Assembly (NCBI GenBank): GCA_019038705.1
Contig: JAHOYX010000019.1
Span: forward strand, 1 to 57,502
DNA length: 57,502 nt
Direction: 5' to 3'
Source: Spirochaetales bacterium
Lineage (GTDB): Bacteria; Spirochaetota; Spirochaetia; DSM-27196; SLST01
The notes under the pieces are model-generated. The model searched no databases. It was not told the DNA's origin and was given only the letters and a program-made list of their open reading frames with translations. Positions 25,697-35,634 of this stretch are shown one piece after another; position 1 is the first letter of the stretch; the number at the start of each line of letters is the position of its first letter. The position numbers and the translations under genes are program-made.

Positions 25697-27483
25697 GCCA
25701 GGCAAGCGGACACGTTGTAGGCGTAAACGGCAACATGGTCTCGGTGCAGGTGGACGGCGACGTCTCACTGAACGAGGTTGGTTACATCGTCCTCGACGAT
25801 ACGACGACGGGCGAAACCAAGCGGCTGAAGAGCGAGGTCATTCGTATCCGTGGGGACCGGGCTGAGGTCCAGGTCTTCGAAATGACCCGCGGTCTCGGCG
25901 TGGATGATAAGGTGGAGTTCACAGGGGAGCTGCTTGCCGTTGAGCTCGGCCCTGGACTCCTGACCCGCGTCTACGACGGTCTGCAGAACCCGCTCCCCGA
26001 ACTCGCTGAGCAGTGCGGGTTCTTCCTGGAACGGGGGGTGTACGTTAACGCCCTCAACCGAACGAAGAAGTGGGATTTCACTCCCGCGGCGCGGGTTGGA
26101 GACGCCGTGGAACGAGCCGACACGCTCGGAACCGTTCCGGAAGGGATGTTCAAGCACCGCATCATGGTGCCGTTCAACCTCTACGATCAGTATGCGGTGA
26201 AGTCGATCGTGGACGCCGGCGAGTACACGGTGGACGACGAAATTGCCGTGCTCACCGACGGCAGCGGTGCCGAGATCAGCGTGACCATGCGGTTCAACTG
26301 GCCGGTGAAACGTCCAATTGACTGCTACGCGGAGAGGCTCCGGCCCACCGAGCCGGTGGTCACGAAGGTACGCATAATCGACACCTTCTTCCCGGTGGCT
26401 CTCGGCGGCACTTACTGTATTCCCGGCCCCTTCGGCGCGGGAAAGACCGTGCTGCAGCAGATCACCAGTCGGAACGCGGAAGTTGACATCGTAATCATTG
26501 CGGCCTGCGGCGAACGGGCGGGTGAGGTTGTTGAAACGCTGCGGGAGTTCCCGGAGCTTCTGGATCCACGCACCGGCCGAACACTGATGGAACGGACGGT
26601 GATCATCTGCAACACCAGTTCCATGCCCGTTGCGGCCCGCGAGGCTTCGGTATACACGGCAGTGACGATAGCCGAGTACTACCGGCAGATGGGCCTGAAC
26701 GTTCTGCTCCTTGCCGACTCAACCAGTCGATGGGCGCAGGCAATGCGGGAGATGTCCGGCCGGCTGGAAGAGATCCCCGGTGAAGAAGCCTTTCCGGCCT
26801 ATCTCGAATCGGTTATTGCGTCGTTTTACGAGCGTGGGGGCCTGGTGCGCTTGAAGGATGGAGGCAGGGGCTCGGTTACTATCGGCGGAACTGTCAGCCC
26901 TGCAGGAGGCAACTTCGAAGAGCCCGTGACGCAGGCAACCCTGAAGGTTGTGGGCGCTTTTCACGGGCTCTCTCGCGAGCGATCGGATGCTCGGCGATAT
27001 CCGGCAATCCATCCGCTGGAGTCGTGGAGCAAGTACCCGGGAACTATTGATCCGGGCATGGTCGAGTATGCTCGAGATGCACTGCACCACGGAAATGAGG
27101 TCGGCCAGATGATGAAGGTCGTTGGCGAGGAAGGGACGAGCCTTGACGACTACATCTGGTATCTGAAGGGCGAGTTCACTGATTCGGCATACCTGCAACA
27201 GAATGCGTTTGATCCGGTTGATGCGGCGGTCAACACCGAGCGCCAGAAATACTGCTTTGGCATTCTCTTCGATTTACTGACGAGCAAGCTGAATCACGGA
27301 AACAAGGATGAAGCACGAAACTGGTTTGCGCAACTGCGTCAGAGGTTTTTGGATCTGAACGGAGCGGAGTGGCAGAGCGAGTCCTTCAAGACGCTTGAAG
27401 CAGAGATCCGCGACACGATCAATGACAAGCGGGCAGGCACCGAGGCGAACGCCATGGACTTCGTCGGCGAAATCCGGAACTGA
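25693..27483 (+). CDS. atpA: V-type ATP synthase catalytic subunit A
   Basis: 596 aa. Has the GPFGAGKTV Walker A motif, [10 protein letters not shown] and typical A-subunit architecture. Confidence 0.95.
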   Translation: MSQASGHVVGVNGNMVSVQVDGDVSLNEVGYIVLDDTTTGETKRLKSEVIRIRGDRAEVQVFEMTRGLGVDDKVEFTGELLAVELGPGLLTRVYDGLQNPLPELAEQCGFFLERGVYVNALNRTKKWDFTPAARVGDAVERADTLGTVPEGMFKHRIMVPFNLYDQYAVKSIVDAGEYTVDDEIAVLTDGSGAEISVTMRFNWPVKRPIDCYAERLRPTEPVVTKVRIIDTFFPVALGGTYCIPGPFGAGKTVLQQITSRNAEVDIVIIAACGERAGEVVETLREFPELLDPRTGRTLMERTVIICNTSSMPVAAREASVYTAVTIAEYYRQMGLNVLLLADSTSRWAQAMREMSGRLEEIPGEEAFPAYLESVIASFYERGGLVRLKDGGRGSVTIGGTVSPAGGNFEEPVTQATLKVVGAFHGLSRERSDARRYPAIHPLESWSKYPGTIDPGMVEYARDALHHGNEVGQMMKVVGEEGTSLDDYIWYLKGEFTDSAYLQQNAFDPVDAAVNTERQKYCFGILFDLLTSKLNHGNKDEARNWFAQLRQRFLDLNGAEWQSESFKTLEAEIRDTINDKRAGTEANAMDFVGEIRN

Positions 27484-27493
27484 GAGGCAGATA

Positions 27494-28816
27494 ATGAAGA
27501 AGGTCTATAGCAAGATCGAATCAATCGCCGGCAATGTCATTACCGTCACAGCGGAGGATGTCCGTTATGGTCACCTCGCCAGGGTGACTTCCTCCATCGG
27601 TAGCAGCCTTGCGGAAGTCATTCGGCTGGCCGGTGACAAGGTTTCCCTGCAGGTGTTTGCCGGGGGACGCGGCATTTCAACCGGCGACGAGGTGGTGTTC
27701 CTCGGTCACGCAATGCAGGTCTCTTTCACCGACAATCTTCTCGGCCGCATCTTTGACGGCAGCGGCAATCCCCGGGACAACGGCCCTCGCCTGGAGGAAA
27801 GCCTGGTGGAGATCGGCGGCCCTTCAGTGAACCCGGCAATGCGCATTATCCCGCGGAACATGATCCGCACCGGAATCCCGATGATCGATGTCTTCAACAG
27901 TCTCGTCGAAAGCCAGAAACTGCCCATCTTCTCGGTCAGCGGTGAGCCGTACAATGAGTTGCTCGCACGGGTCGCGATGCAGGCCGAAGTGGACTTGATC
28001 ATCCTTGGCGGGATGGGGCTGAAGTACGACGACTATCTCTATTTCCGGGAGATGCTTGAAGAAGGTGGGGCGATGAGCCGCACGATCTTCTTCGTCCACA
28101 CGGCCAGCAACCCGGTCGTCGAGTGCCTGCTGGTACCGGACATTTCACTCGCTGTGGCTGAACGGTTTGCGCTCAAAGGCAAGAAGGTGCTTGTCCTGCT
28201 GACCGACATGACCAACTTCTCCGACAGCATGAAGGAGATTGCAATCACCATGGAGCAGGTGCCTTCCAACCGGGGTTATCCGGGGGACCTGTACAGCCAG
28301 CTTGCGGCCCGGTACGAAAAAGCTGTCGACTTTGAGGGTGCGGGCTCCATCACCATTCTCGGTGTGACCACGATGCCAGGCGACGATGTCACCCATCCGG
28401 TTCCGGACAATACCGGCTACATCACCGAGGGCCAGTACTATCTGCGAAACGGCCGGATTGAGCCGTTCGGGTCGCTATCGCGGTTGAAGCAGCTTGTAAA
28501 CAAGGACAGCCGGGAAGATCACCGGGCTTTGATGGACGGTATGATCACACTGTACGCTAACTACAAGGAGTCGCTGGAGAAGAAGTCCATGGGTTTCAGG
28601 ATGTCGGGTTGGGACGAGAAACTCCTGAAGTATGGCGAGATTTTTGAGCGGGATATGATGGACCTCTCGGTGAACATACCGCTGGAACAGGCCCTGGATC
28701 GAGGATGGCAGATCCTCGCGGAATGTTTTGACCCGGCGGAGACCGGCCTTCGGACGGAGTTGATCAACAAGTTCTGGCCCGGAGGGCGCAACGAGCCTGA
28801 TGAGGAGAGTGCATAG
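27494..28816 (+). CDS. atpB: V-type ATP synthase subunit B
   Basis: Starts [18 protein letters not shown] and contains [11 protein letters not shown] and YPGDLYS. It is the internal ATG of ORF 27395..28816. Confidence 0.95.
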   Translation: MKKVYSKIESIAGNVITVTAEDVRYGHLARVTSSIGSSLAEVIRLAGDKVSLQVFAGGRGISTGDEVVFLGHAMQVSFTDNLLGRIFDGSGNPRDNGPRLEESLVEIGGPSVNPAMRIIPRNMIRTGIPMIDVFNSLVESQKLPIFSVSGEPYNELLARVAMQAEVDLIILGGMGLKYDDYLYFREMLEEGGAMSRTIFFVHTASNPVVECLLVPDISLAVAERFALKGKKVLVLLTDMTNFSDSMKEIAITMEQVPSNRGYPGDLYSQLAARYEKAVDFEGAGSITILGVTTMPGDDVTHPVPDNTGYITEGQYYLRNGRIEPFGSLSRLKQLVNKDSREDHRALMDGMITLYANYKESLEKKSMGFRMSGWDEKLLKYGEIFERDMMDLSVNIPLEQALDRGWQILAECFDPAETGLRTELINKFWPGGRNEPDEESA

Positions 28817-28819
28817 CGC

Positions 28820-29437
28820 ATGGCACGGGTGAAGCTCACCAAGAATGAGCTGAAAGGACAGAAGGATGCGCTCAAGCGCTTCCAACGCTACCTCCCGACT
28901 CTCCAGCTGAAGAAGCAGCAGCTTCAGCTGGTGATCCGCCAGGTGGAAGTCCAGATGCGAACCAAGGATGAGCAGCGGATCAATCTGGAGCGCGAGATCA
29001 TGAGCTGGGTCGAAGTTTTCGGGGAGGACGTGGACATCTCGGGAACTCTGAAGATCCGATCTCTGAAGACAGATACCGGCAACATTGCGGGCATTGATAT
29101 CCCGGTCTTTGAAGGCATTGAGTTCGATGAACTTCCGTACGACCTGTTCGTTCTGCCGCCCTGGGTGGATCGCGGGATAGACGCTGTCAAGCGTCTGCTG
29201 GCGCTGGATGCAGAGGTCCGGATACTGAAGGAGCAACATCGATTGCTGGCCGAAGAGCTCCGGATCACCACCCAGCGGGTCAATCTCTTCGAGAAGGTCA
29301 AGATACCGGAGACCAGGGAGTCCATCCGGATGATCCGGATCTATCTCGGAGATCAGCAAACGGCAGCGGTAGTACGTGGAAAAATCGCCAAGTCCGCCAT
29401 TGCGGAGGCGGTTGCCAAGGAGGCGCTGCCCGCATGA
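28820..29437 (+). CDS. atpD: V-type ATP synthase subunit D
   Basis: Starts MARVKLTKNELKGQKDALKRFQRYLPTLQLKKQQL. It is a coiled-coil central-stalk protein. Confidence 0.85.
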   Translation: MARVKLTKNELKGQKDALKRFQRYLPTLQLKKQQLQLVIRQVEVQMRTKDEQRINLEREIMSWVEVFGEDVDISGTLKIRSLKTDTGNIAGIDIPVFEGIEFDELPYDLFVLPPWVDRGIDAVKRLLALDAEVRILKEQHRLLAEELRITTQRVNLFEKVKIPETRESIRMIRIYLGDQQTAAVVRGKIAKSAIAEAVAKEALPA

Positions 29438-31299
29438 TCGTCCCCATGAAGAAGGCTACCGTTCTGGTTCTCGATTCTCACAGAGATCGCGAGCTTGCGC
29501 GATTGAAACGACTTGGTCTGCTGCATCCGGATATTGAACACCGGACGAGCGAGAACGCTGACGTGCTCCTGGCTGATCGTGATGCTCTCTCCCGCGCGCT
29601 GGCCGAACTGCCGATTGCGACTGACGTGAAACAGAGTCCGGTGCCAGGCATATCGCAAGACATTGTGGCCGAGGGCCATGCCCGAGCCGCTGAGATAAGC
29701 GCGGTCGCGGAGAGAAAGCGGACGGCAATGGAGACGCTGGAGCGATGGCGGCGCGAGCTTGCCCGAATTGAGCCGTGGGGCAGTTTTGACCCGGTCGACA
29801 TTGCGACTCTTGGTGACCAAGGGGTTGATATTCATCTGTACGTGATGAGTCGCAAGGAGTTCCGAGCGGAGGCGCCCGCAGATGCCATTGTCCTGGAACG
29901 CACCGGCAAGGCTGTGCGGTTTGCACTGATCTGGCTCAACGGAGGCCACTCGAGCGGCCGGTCTGCGGAGGAGTTCACCGCTCGGGGCGATCTCCAGGAA
30001 TTTATGCCGCCGCAGGAGTCGGCTGTCCGAATTCGATCGGAGATTGCTGAAGAAGAAGCCAAGCTTGCTCACATTGCGGAGCTGTTTGGGGAGTATTCAG
30101 CGCACAGAAACCTGCTCATGGCCGCCGGCGACATCGCGGAACGTCGCATTGAGCACGAGCGCGTCAGGCTTGGCATGGACACAGCCGAGAAGGTTGCTTT
30201 CATCTCGGGTTACGTTCCCGCAGACTCCCAGGACACACTCCGGATTGCTGCGTCCAACAACGGGTGGGGTCTCCTCTTTCGTGAGCCTTCTGCGGATGAT
30301 CCGGTTCCGACAAAGATCACCAATCCTCGGTGGATTCGGACCATCAGGCCGGTGTTCGACATGCTGGGAGTTATTCCGGGATACCGTGAGCGTGACATCA
30401 GCATGTGGTTCCTGCTCTTCTTCACCGTGTTCGTCGGGATGATAATCGGCGATGCGGGGTACGGGGCGCTCCTGTTTGTAGCCGCGATTTTCGGAACTAT
30501 CTCCAGCAAGCGGAAGAGCGGGCGGGTGAGCGAAGCGGCGGTGCTCCTGATGATCTTGAGCCTCAGCACGCTCGGCTGGGGCGCTATCACCGGGAACTGG
30601 TTCGGCTACGAGCCCATAGGAGAGTTGCGCCCGTTCTCCTTTGTGGTGATTCCTGCCCTGGACAGTTTCGATCCACGGAGTGTCCAGGCGGTGCAATCGT
30701 TCTGCTTCATGCTGGCCGCAGTGCACCTTTCGATTGCTCACATCTGGAACTTCATCCGCGAAATCAAAGAGCGCCCTGCGATCAAGGCCTTTGCCCAGAT
30801 TGGCTGGTTGAGCGCTGTGCTTGGCCTCTACTTTCTGGTTGTCAGCCTCTTTGTGGGTCAGGCAATGCCACAGTACGCGTTGTACATGATTATCGGAGGA
30901 ATCACTGGAATCTTTCTGTTCAGTGGACAGAGTCCCGATCACGGATTCTTCGGTGGGATTGGACGAGGTCTGAGCAACGCATTCACCATCGTCTTTGACG
31001 GAATCGGGGCATTCTCGGACATCATTTCGTACATTCGATTGTTCGCTGTAGGCCTGGCATCTGTGGCAATTGCCCAGGCGTTCAACGAGATGGCGGGCAG
31101 CATGGCGACAAGCCCGGTCGGGATCGTGCTTGCCGCGGTGGTCCTGTTCCTCGGTCATTCGCTCAATCTCGTGATGGGAGGCCTTGCCGTGGTTGTTCAC
31201 GGCGTGCGCCTGAATCTCTTGGAATTCTCCGGTCATGTCGGCATGGAATGGACCGGCGTAGAGTACCGACCGTTTGCTGAAAATGAACAAAACACGTAA
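29434..31299 (+). CDS. atpI: V-type ATP synthase subunit I (a-subunit)
   Basis: 621 aa. Has a soluble N-terminal half and a polytopic C-terminal half. ATGA overlap with atpD. Confidence 0.85.
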   Translation: MIVPMKKATVLVLDSHRDRELARLKRLGLLHPDIEHRTSENADVLLADRDALSRALAELPIATDVKQSPVPGISQDIVAEGHARAAEISAVAERKRTAMETLERWRRELARIEPWGSFDPVDIATLGDQGVDIHLYVMSRKEFRAEAPADAIVLERTGKAVRFALIWLNGGHSSGRSAEEFTARGDLQEFMPPQESAVRIRSEIAEEEAKLAHIAELFGEYSAHRNLLMAAGDIAERRIEHERVRLGMDTAEKVAFISGYVPADSQDTLRIAASNNGWGLLFREPSADDPVPTKITNPRWIRTIRPVFDMLGVIPGYRERDISMWFLLFFTVFVGMIIGDAGYGALLFVAAIFGTISSKRKSGRVSEAAVLLMILSLSTLGWGAITGNWFGYEPIGELRPFSFVVIPALDSFDPRSVQAVQSFCFMLAAVHLSIAHIWNFIREIKERPAIKAFAQIGWLSAVLGLYFLVVSLFVGQAMPQYALYMIIGGITGIFLFSGQSPDHGFFGGIGRGLSNAFTIVFDGIGAFSDIISYIRLFAVGLASVAIAQAFNEMAGSMATSPVGIVLAAVVLFLGHSLNLVMGGLAVVVHGVRLNLLEFSGHVGMEWTGVEYRPFAENEQNT

Positions 31300-31310
31300 G
31301 GAGTAAGACT

Positions 31311-31757
31311 ATGGACTGGGGTCTTGTTGGTATTGGAGCTGCAATTGCTTTTGCCGCAGTGGGTTCGGCGCTCGGGACCGGCACCGCGGGAATGGCGGCC
31401 GTGGGGGCCTGGAAGAAGTGCTTTGTGCAAAATCGGCCTGCGCCGTTCATCCTCGTGGCCTTTGTCGGTTTCCCGTTGAGCCAGACAATCTACGGCTATC
31501 TCCTGATGAACAGATTGGCGCAGGCCTTCGCCCTCGGCACGGACGCCGGCTATCTTCTGGGCGCCGGTGTTCTGGGTGGACTCGCCATCGGCATGTCTGC
31601 GTGGTATCAGGGACGGGCCGCCGCAGCGGCCTCCGACGCAATGGGTGAGACGGGGAAAGGCACGGGAAACTATATCTTTGTGCTCGGTATCATTGAGACC
31701 GTAGCACTGTTCGTCATGGTCTTCCTCTTCCTGATGACTGGATCGTTCGAGGGCTGA
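31311..31757 (+). CDS. atpK: V-type ATP synthase proteolipid subunit K (4-TM c-subunit)
   Basis: 148 aa, Gly/Ala-rich, with four hydrophobic segments. The carboxylate Glu lies in GIIETVALF. Confidence 0.85.
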   Translation: MDWGLVGIGAAIAFAAVGSALGTGTAGMAAVGAWKKCFVQNRPAPFILVAFVGFPLSQTIYGYLLMNRLAQAFALGTDAGYLLGAGVLGGLAIGMSAWYQGRAAAAASDAMGETGKGTGNYIFVLGIIETVALFVMVFLFLMTGSFEG

Positions 31758-31811
31758 ACGCCCACGTGAAGACGTAAAGCCACTCGCACTGGTCGGCCGA
31801 TAAGTAGAGCA

Positions 31812-32726
31812 GTGACACAGTTTGCGCGGAAACTAACAGTGACTCTTTTTGTCGGCCTGTCGGTCATCGTCAGTGCTGTGGCGCAGAGTCCGGATCCGGC
31901 GTGGCTGCAGATCCGCCGCGCCGACAAGCTTGCTGCAGACGGTGATTATGGCATCGCCATCCAGCTCTACCGTGAGGCGTTGACTCTCGACCCCGGCAGT
32001 CCTGAGGCAATTTTCGGGTTGGCACGGGCGTTCAAGTCCATCAGTGACTACCCGATTGCCGAGGAGTACCTCCTCGAGGCTCTCGCTGCCGCCGAAGACC
32101 TCATGGTTCCGGCCGTGCGCTACGAGATCAACTACGAGTTGGCCGGTCTCTACAAGGTGCAGCGAAGGTTTGCGGATTACGAACGGGTCCTCTTCCAGAC
32201 CGTTGACCTCGCAGCCGGGGAACCGGCGACGCCGCGATCAGTTGATGTTCCGGCTGATACCCTTCAGACGGTCCTCATCAACGATGGTCTGGATCGTGTT
32301 CTGGTCCTCTACCGGCTGCAGGAGGATGGGGGCACTCGCGCTCGCGGTGAGCTGGCCGAGCTGCTCGTTGGCCTGGGACGCTACGACGAGGCAGCGGAGC
32401 AAGGACTTGTTGCCATTACCCAGCAGCTGTCAACGGTGATCGAAGCGGTCATCGAGCGGGACCCCGGCTACGAATACCAGACGGTTCTCGGCGCCCTCAC
32501 GCACGCGGAGATCTACCCGGAGACCCGCGCTTACCTTGCCGACACCAGCCTGTACGAGAACCTCTACTTCCTGGCAGGCGCCCTCTACGCCCGCGGCAAT
32601 CCGGAGTCTGCGGTATCTCTGTGGAGACTGCTGCCGGCCCTTCCCCGTGCCGGAGACTTGTCCAACCGCGCAAGGATCCAACTTGCGGACCCGCAGCCTG
32701 AACCGTTGCTCGTGCCGCCGCGGTAG
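31812..32726 (+). CDS. Secreted TPR-repeat protein
   Basis: The signal-like N-terminus is KLTVTLFVGLSVIVSAVAQ. TPR-like repeats are present (IAIQLYREALTLDPGSPEAIFGLARAF). Confidence 0.55.
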   Translation: MTQFARKLTVTLFVGLSVIVSAVAQSPDPAWLQIRRADKLAADGDYGIAIQLYREALTLDPGSPEAIFGLARAFKSISDYPIAEEYLLEALAAAEDLMVPAVRYEINYELAGLYKVQRRFADYERVLFQTVDLAAGEPATPRSVDVPADTLQTVLINDGLDRVLVLYRLQEDGGTRARGELAELLVGLGRYDEAAEQGLVAITQQLSTVIEAVIERDPGYEYQTVLGALTHAEIYPETRAYLADTSLYENLYFLAGALYARGNPESAVSLWRLLPALPRAGDLSNRARIQLADPQPEPLLVPPR

Positions 32727-32765
32727 ACCGTGCCGGTCCCGGCCGGCGTGCTTTCGGTGCGCGCC

Positions 32766-32794
32766 TTGCATCCACTGATTTGATGTCGTACTGT
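32766..32794 (+). promoter_or_regulatory. Putative uvrA promoter TTGCAT-N17-TACTGT
   Basis: TTGCAT is at 32766..32771 and TACTGT at 32789..32794. The -10 ends 11 nt before ATG 32806. Confidence 0.35.
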
Positions 32795-32805
32795 AGCCGC
32801 TGACG

Positions 32806-35634
32806 ATGGACAAGCTGATCATCCGCGGCGCCCGCGAGCACAACCTCAAGAACATCGACCTGACGCTGCCCCGGGACAAGCTGATCGTGATTTCCGGTCT
32901 CTCCGGCTCGGGCAAGAGCAGCCTCGCGTTTGACACTATCTTCGCCGAAGGTCAGCGGCGTTATGTCGAGTCGTTGTCCGCATACGCCCGGCAGTTCCTT
33001 GGTCGCCTCGACAAACCCGATGTTGACTACATCGAAGGGCTCTCGCCTGCTATTTCCATTGAGCAGCGCACGACGAGCCGGAATCCGCGGTCCACCGTCG
33101 GGACGGTCACCGAAATTTATGACTATTACCGGCTTCTCTTTGCCCGGATTGGTGTGCCTCACGACCCGAAGACCGGGAAGCGTGTTGAGCGACAGACGGT
33201 AGACCAGATCATTGACGCGATCATGCAGAACCCCTCGGGCACACGCCTGAGTATTGCGTCTCCGGTCATCCGAGGCAGAAAGGGCCATCACGCGAAGATC
33301 CTGGCAGATGCCCGAAAGGCCGGGTTTTCGCGGGCTGTCGTGGATGGTGATGTCGCGATGCTCGATGATGAGATTGAGCTGGACCGGAAGAAGAAACATA
33401 CCATTGAAATCGTGGTCGATCGGCTCAAGGTGTCTGAGGACAACCGGCGTCGCGTGGCCGACAGTGTCGAGACAGCCCTTGAGCTTTCCGGCGGCCTTGT
33501 GACCGTCATCAGCCATGACGATGAGAGCGAGCGGACTCAGTCGTTCAGTCAGAACTACTTCTATCCCGACAGCGAAGTCAGTTTCCCTGAGCTGGAGCCG
33601 CGGCTGTTCAGTTTCAACAACCCGTACGGGGCCTGTCCGGACTGCTCCGGTCTGGGCATGAGCATGGAGTTTGACGAGAAACTGATCATGCCCGACCCCA
33701 AATTGAGCTTCAACGAAAAGGGACTCAAGCCCTACAAACCGGACGCAGCGTGGAATCGGAGCCGGTTTGAGAGTCTGGCGGAACATCTTGATTTCAGCCT
33801 GGACACGCCGCTCGGTGAATTGCCCGACCACGCGCTGAAGGCGATCTTTGACGGCACCGATGAGCCTATCCGCGTCAAGTACGTCAACCGGGAGAAGACA
33901 GGCAAGTTCGAGTATGAGGGGAAGTTCCGCGGCATATACGACGATCTGAAGCGGCGATACCTCGAAACCACGTCGGATGGGGTGAAGGGGTGGCTCGAAG
34001 GTTTCATGAGCCGGCGGGACTGCCAGACCTGCAACGGGATGCGGCTGCGGCCGGAGGCGCTCGCGGTTCTCGTCCAGGGCAGGAGCGTCCACGATCTGAC
34101 GGCGGTAAGCATCAAGGAAGCTCTTGAGTTCTTCCGGTCCCTCGAACTCAGCGAGACTGAGAAGCAGATCACCACGCAAATTCTCAAGGAGATCACAAGT
34201 CGATTGGACTTCATGGTCAGCGTTGGTCTGGACTACCTCACACTGGACAGGAAATCGGCCACGATCTCCGGCGGCGAAGCGCAGCGAATAAGGCTGGCGA
34301 CCCAGATAGGCAGTTCGCTCATGGGCGTTCTCTACATCCTTGATGAGCCGACGATTGGTCTCCACCAGCGGGACAACGAGCGGTTGATATCCACCCTGAC
34401 CCATCTCCGGGATATCGGGAACACCCTCATAGTCGTAGAGCATGACGAGCAGACGCTGCGAGCGTCGGATTACATCGTGGACCTGGGGCCCGGCGCCGGT
34501 GTTCACGGCGGAGAGGTTGTCGCCGAAGGCCCACTGGAGGCTATCCTCTCAAACCCCAACAGCCTCACCGGCCGATACCTGAACGGTACTTTGTCCATGG
34601 ATGTTCCCCTGGAACGCCGTTCCGGTAACGGGCACCGGCTCACGGTGAGGAATGCGCGGGAACACAACCTGAAAAACGTCGACGTTGAGTTTCCCCTTGG
34701 AATGCTGACGGTGATCACCGGAGTCTCCGGATCGGGCAAGTCCACGCTGCTCACCGACCTGCTCTATCCCGCGCTGTCAAATCGACTGCACAAGTCTCAT
34801 CATTCGGAAGCAGCCTACGATTCCATTGAGGGCATCGAGCATCTGGACAAGGTGATCAACATAGACCAGAGCCCTATCGGCAGGACTCCACGGTCAAACC
34901 CGGCAACCTATGTTGGGCTGTTTGGACCCATTCGCGAGCTGTTTGCATCGCTCCCGGAGGCGAGGGCGCGCGGGTACAAGCCCGGCAGATTCAGCTTCAA
35001 CGTGAAGGGAGGCCGCTGCGAGAATTGCGAGGGCGCCGGCACCATCAAGATTGAGATGCACTTCCTGCCGGATGTCTACGTCACCTGTGATGTCTGCGGC
35101 GGGAAGCGGTTCAACCGGGAGACCCTGGACATTCACTACAAGGGGCACACAATCCATGATGTGCTGGAGTTTTCGGTGGAGGAAGCGCTGGACTTCTTCG
35201 CGGCGATCCCGCAGATCGCCCGCCGGTTGGAGACTCTCCGCGCCGTCGGGCTGGATTACATCAAGCTGGGGCAGAGCGCGGTGACGCTCTCCGGCGGCGA
35301 AGCGCAGCGCGTCAAGTTGTCTCTTGAGCTGTCCAAGCGAAACACCGGCAAGACAATCTACATTCTGGACGAACCGACAACCGGTCTCCACTTCGCAGAT
35401 GTGAAGAAGCTGATGGAGGTTCTCCAGGTATTCGTGGACAAGGGGAACACGGTCCTCCTCATTGAGCACAATCTGGATGTCATTCTGCAGGCCGATCATA
35501 TAATCGATCTGGGTCCGGAAGGTGGCGATCGTGGCGGTTCGATAGTAGCGAGCGGCACGCCGGAGACGATTGCGGCAAACGCGCAATCGTACACCGGGCG
35601 TTACATTGAGGAAGTGCGGGCCCGGCGACGATGA
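32806..35634 (+). CDS. uvrA: Excinuclease ABC subunit A
   Basis: 942 aa. Starts MDKLIIRGAREHNLKNIDL and has two ABC modules (GLSGSGKSSL and GVSGSGKSTL). Confidence 0.97.
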   Translation: MDKLIIRGAREHNLKNIDLTLPRDKLIVISGLSGSGKSSLAFDTIFAEGQRRYVESLSAYARQFLGRLDKPDVDYIEGLSPAISIEQRTTSRNPRSTVGTVTEIYDYYRLLFARIGVPHDPKTGKRVERQTVDQIIDAIMQNPSGTRLSIASPVIRGRKGHHAKILADARKAGFSRAVVDGDVAMLDDEIELDRKKKHTIEIVVDRLKVSEDNRRRVADSVETALELSGGLVTVISHDDESERTQSFSQNYFYPDSEVSFPELEPRLFSFNNPYGACPDCSGLGMSMEFDEKLIMPDPKLSFNEKGLKPYKPDAAWNRSRFESLAEHLDFSLDTPLGELPDHALKAIFDGTDEPIRVKYVNREKTGKFEYEGKFRGIYDDLKRRYLETTSDGVKGWLEGFMSRRDCQTCNGMRLRPEALAVLVQGRSVHDLTAVSIKEALEFFRSLELSETEKQITTQILKEITSRLDFMVSVGLDYLTLDRKSATISGGEAQRIRLATQIGSSLMGVLYILDEPTIGLHQRDNERLISTLTHLRDIGNTLIVVEHDEQTLRASDYIVDLGPGAGVHGGEVVAEGPLEAILSNPNSLTGRYLNGTLSMDVPLERRSGNGHRLTVRNAREHNLKNVDVEFPLGMLTVITGVSGSGKSTLLTDLLYPALSNRLHKSHHSEAAYDSIEGIEHLDKVINIDQSPIGRTPRSNPATYVGLFGPIRELFASLPEARARGYKPGRFSFNVKGGRCENCEGAGTIKIEMHFLPDVYVTCDVCGGKRFNRETLDIHYKGHTIHDVLEFSVEEALDFFAAIPQIARRLETLRAVGLDYIKLGQSAVTLSGGEAQRVKLSLELSKRNTGKTIYILDEPTTGLHFADVKKLMEVLQVFVDKGNTVLLIEHNLDVILQADHIIDLGPEGGDRGGSIVASGTPETIAANAQSYTGRYIEEVRARRR

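Noticed and set aside
32789-32808. LexA/SOS box overlapping the uvrA -10 (TACTGTagccgctgACGA)
   Set aside because: Only the left half-site (TACTGT) matches the E. coli-type CTGT-N8-ACAG palindrome; the right half reads ACGA. The LexA motif of this lineage is unknown to me, so I make no claim.
32497-34506. 669-aa minus-strand ORF antisense to uvrA
   Set aside because: uvrA on the plus strand is unambiguous, with two ABC modules. The antisense product is low-complexity with no motif, so it is a GC-content artefact.
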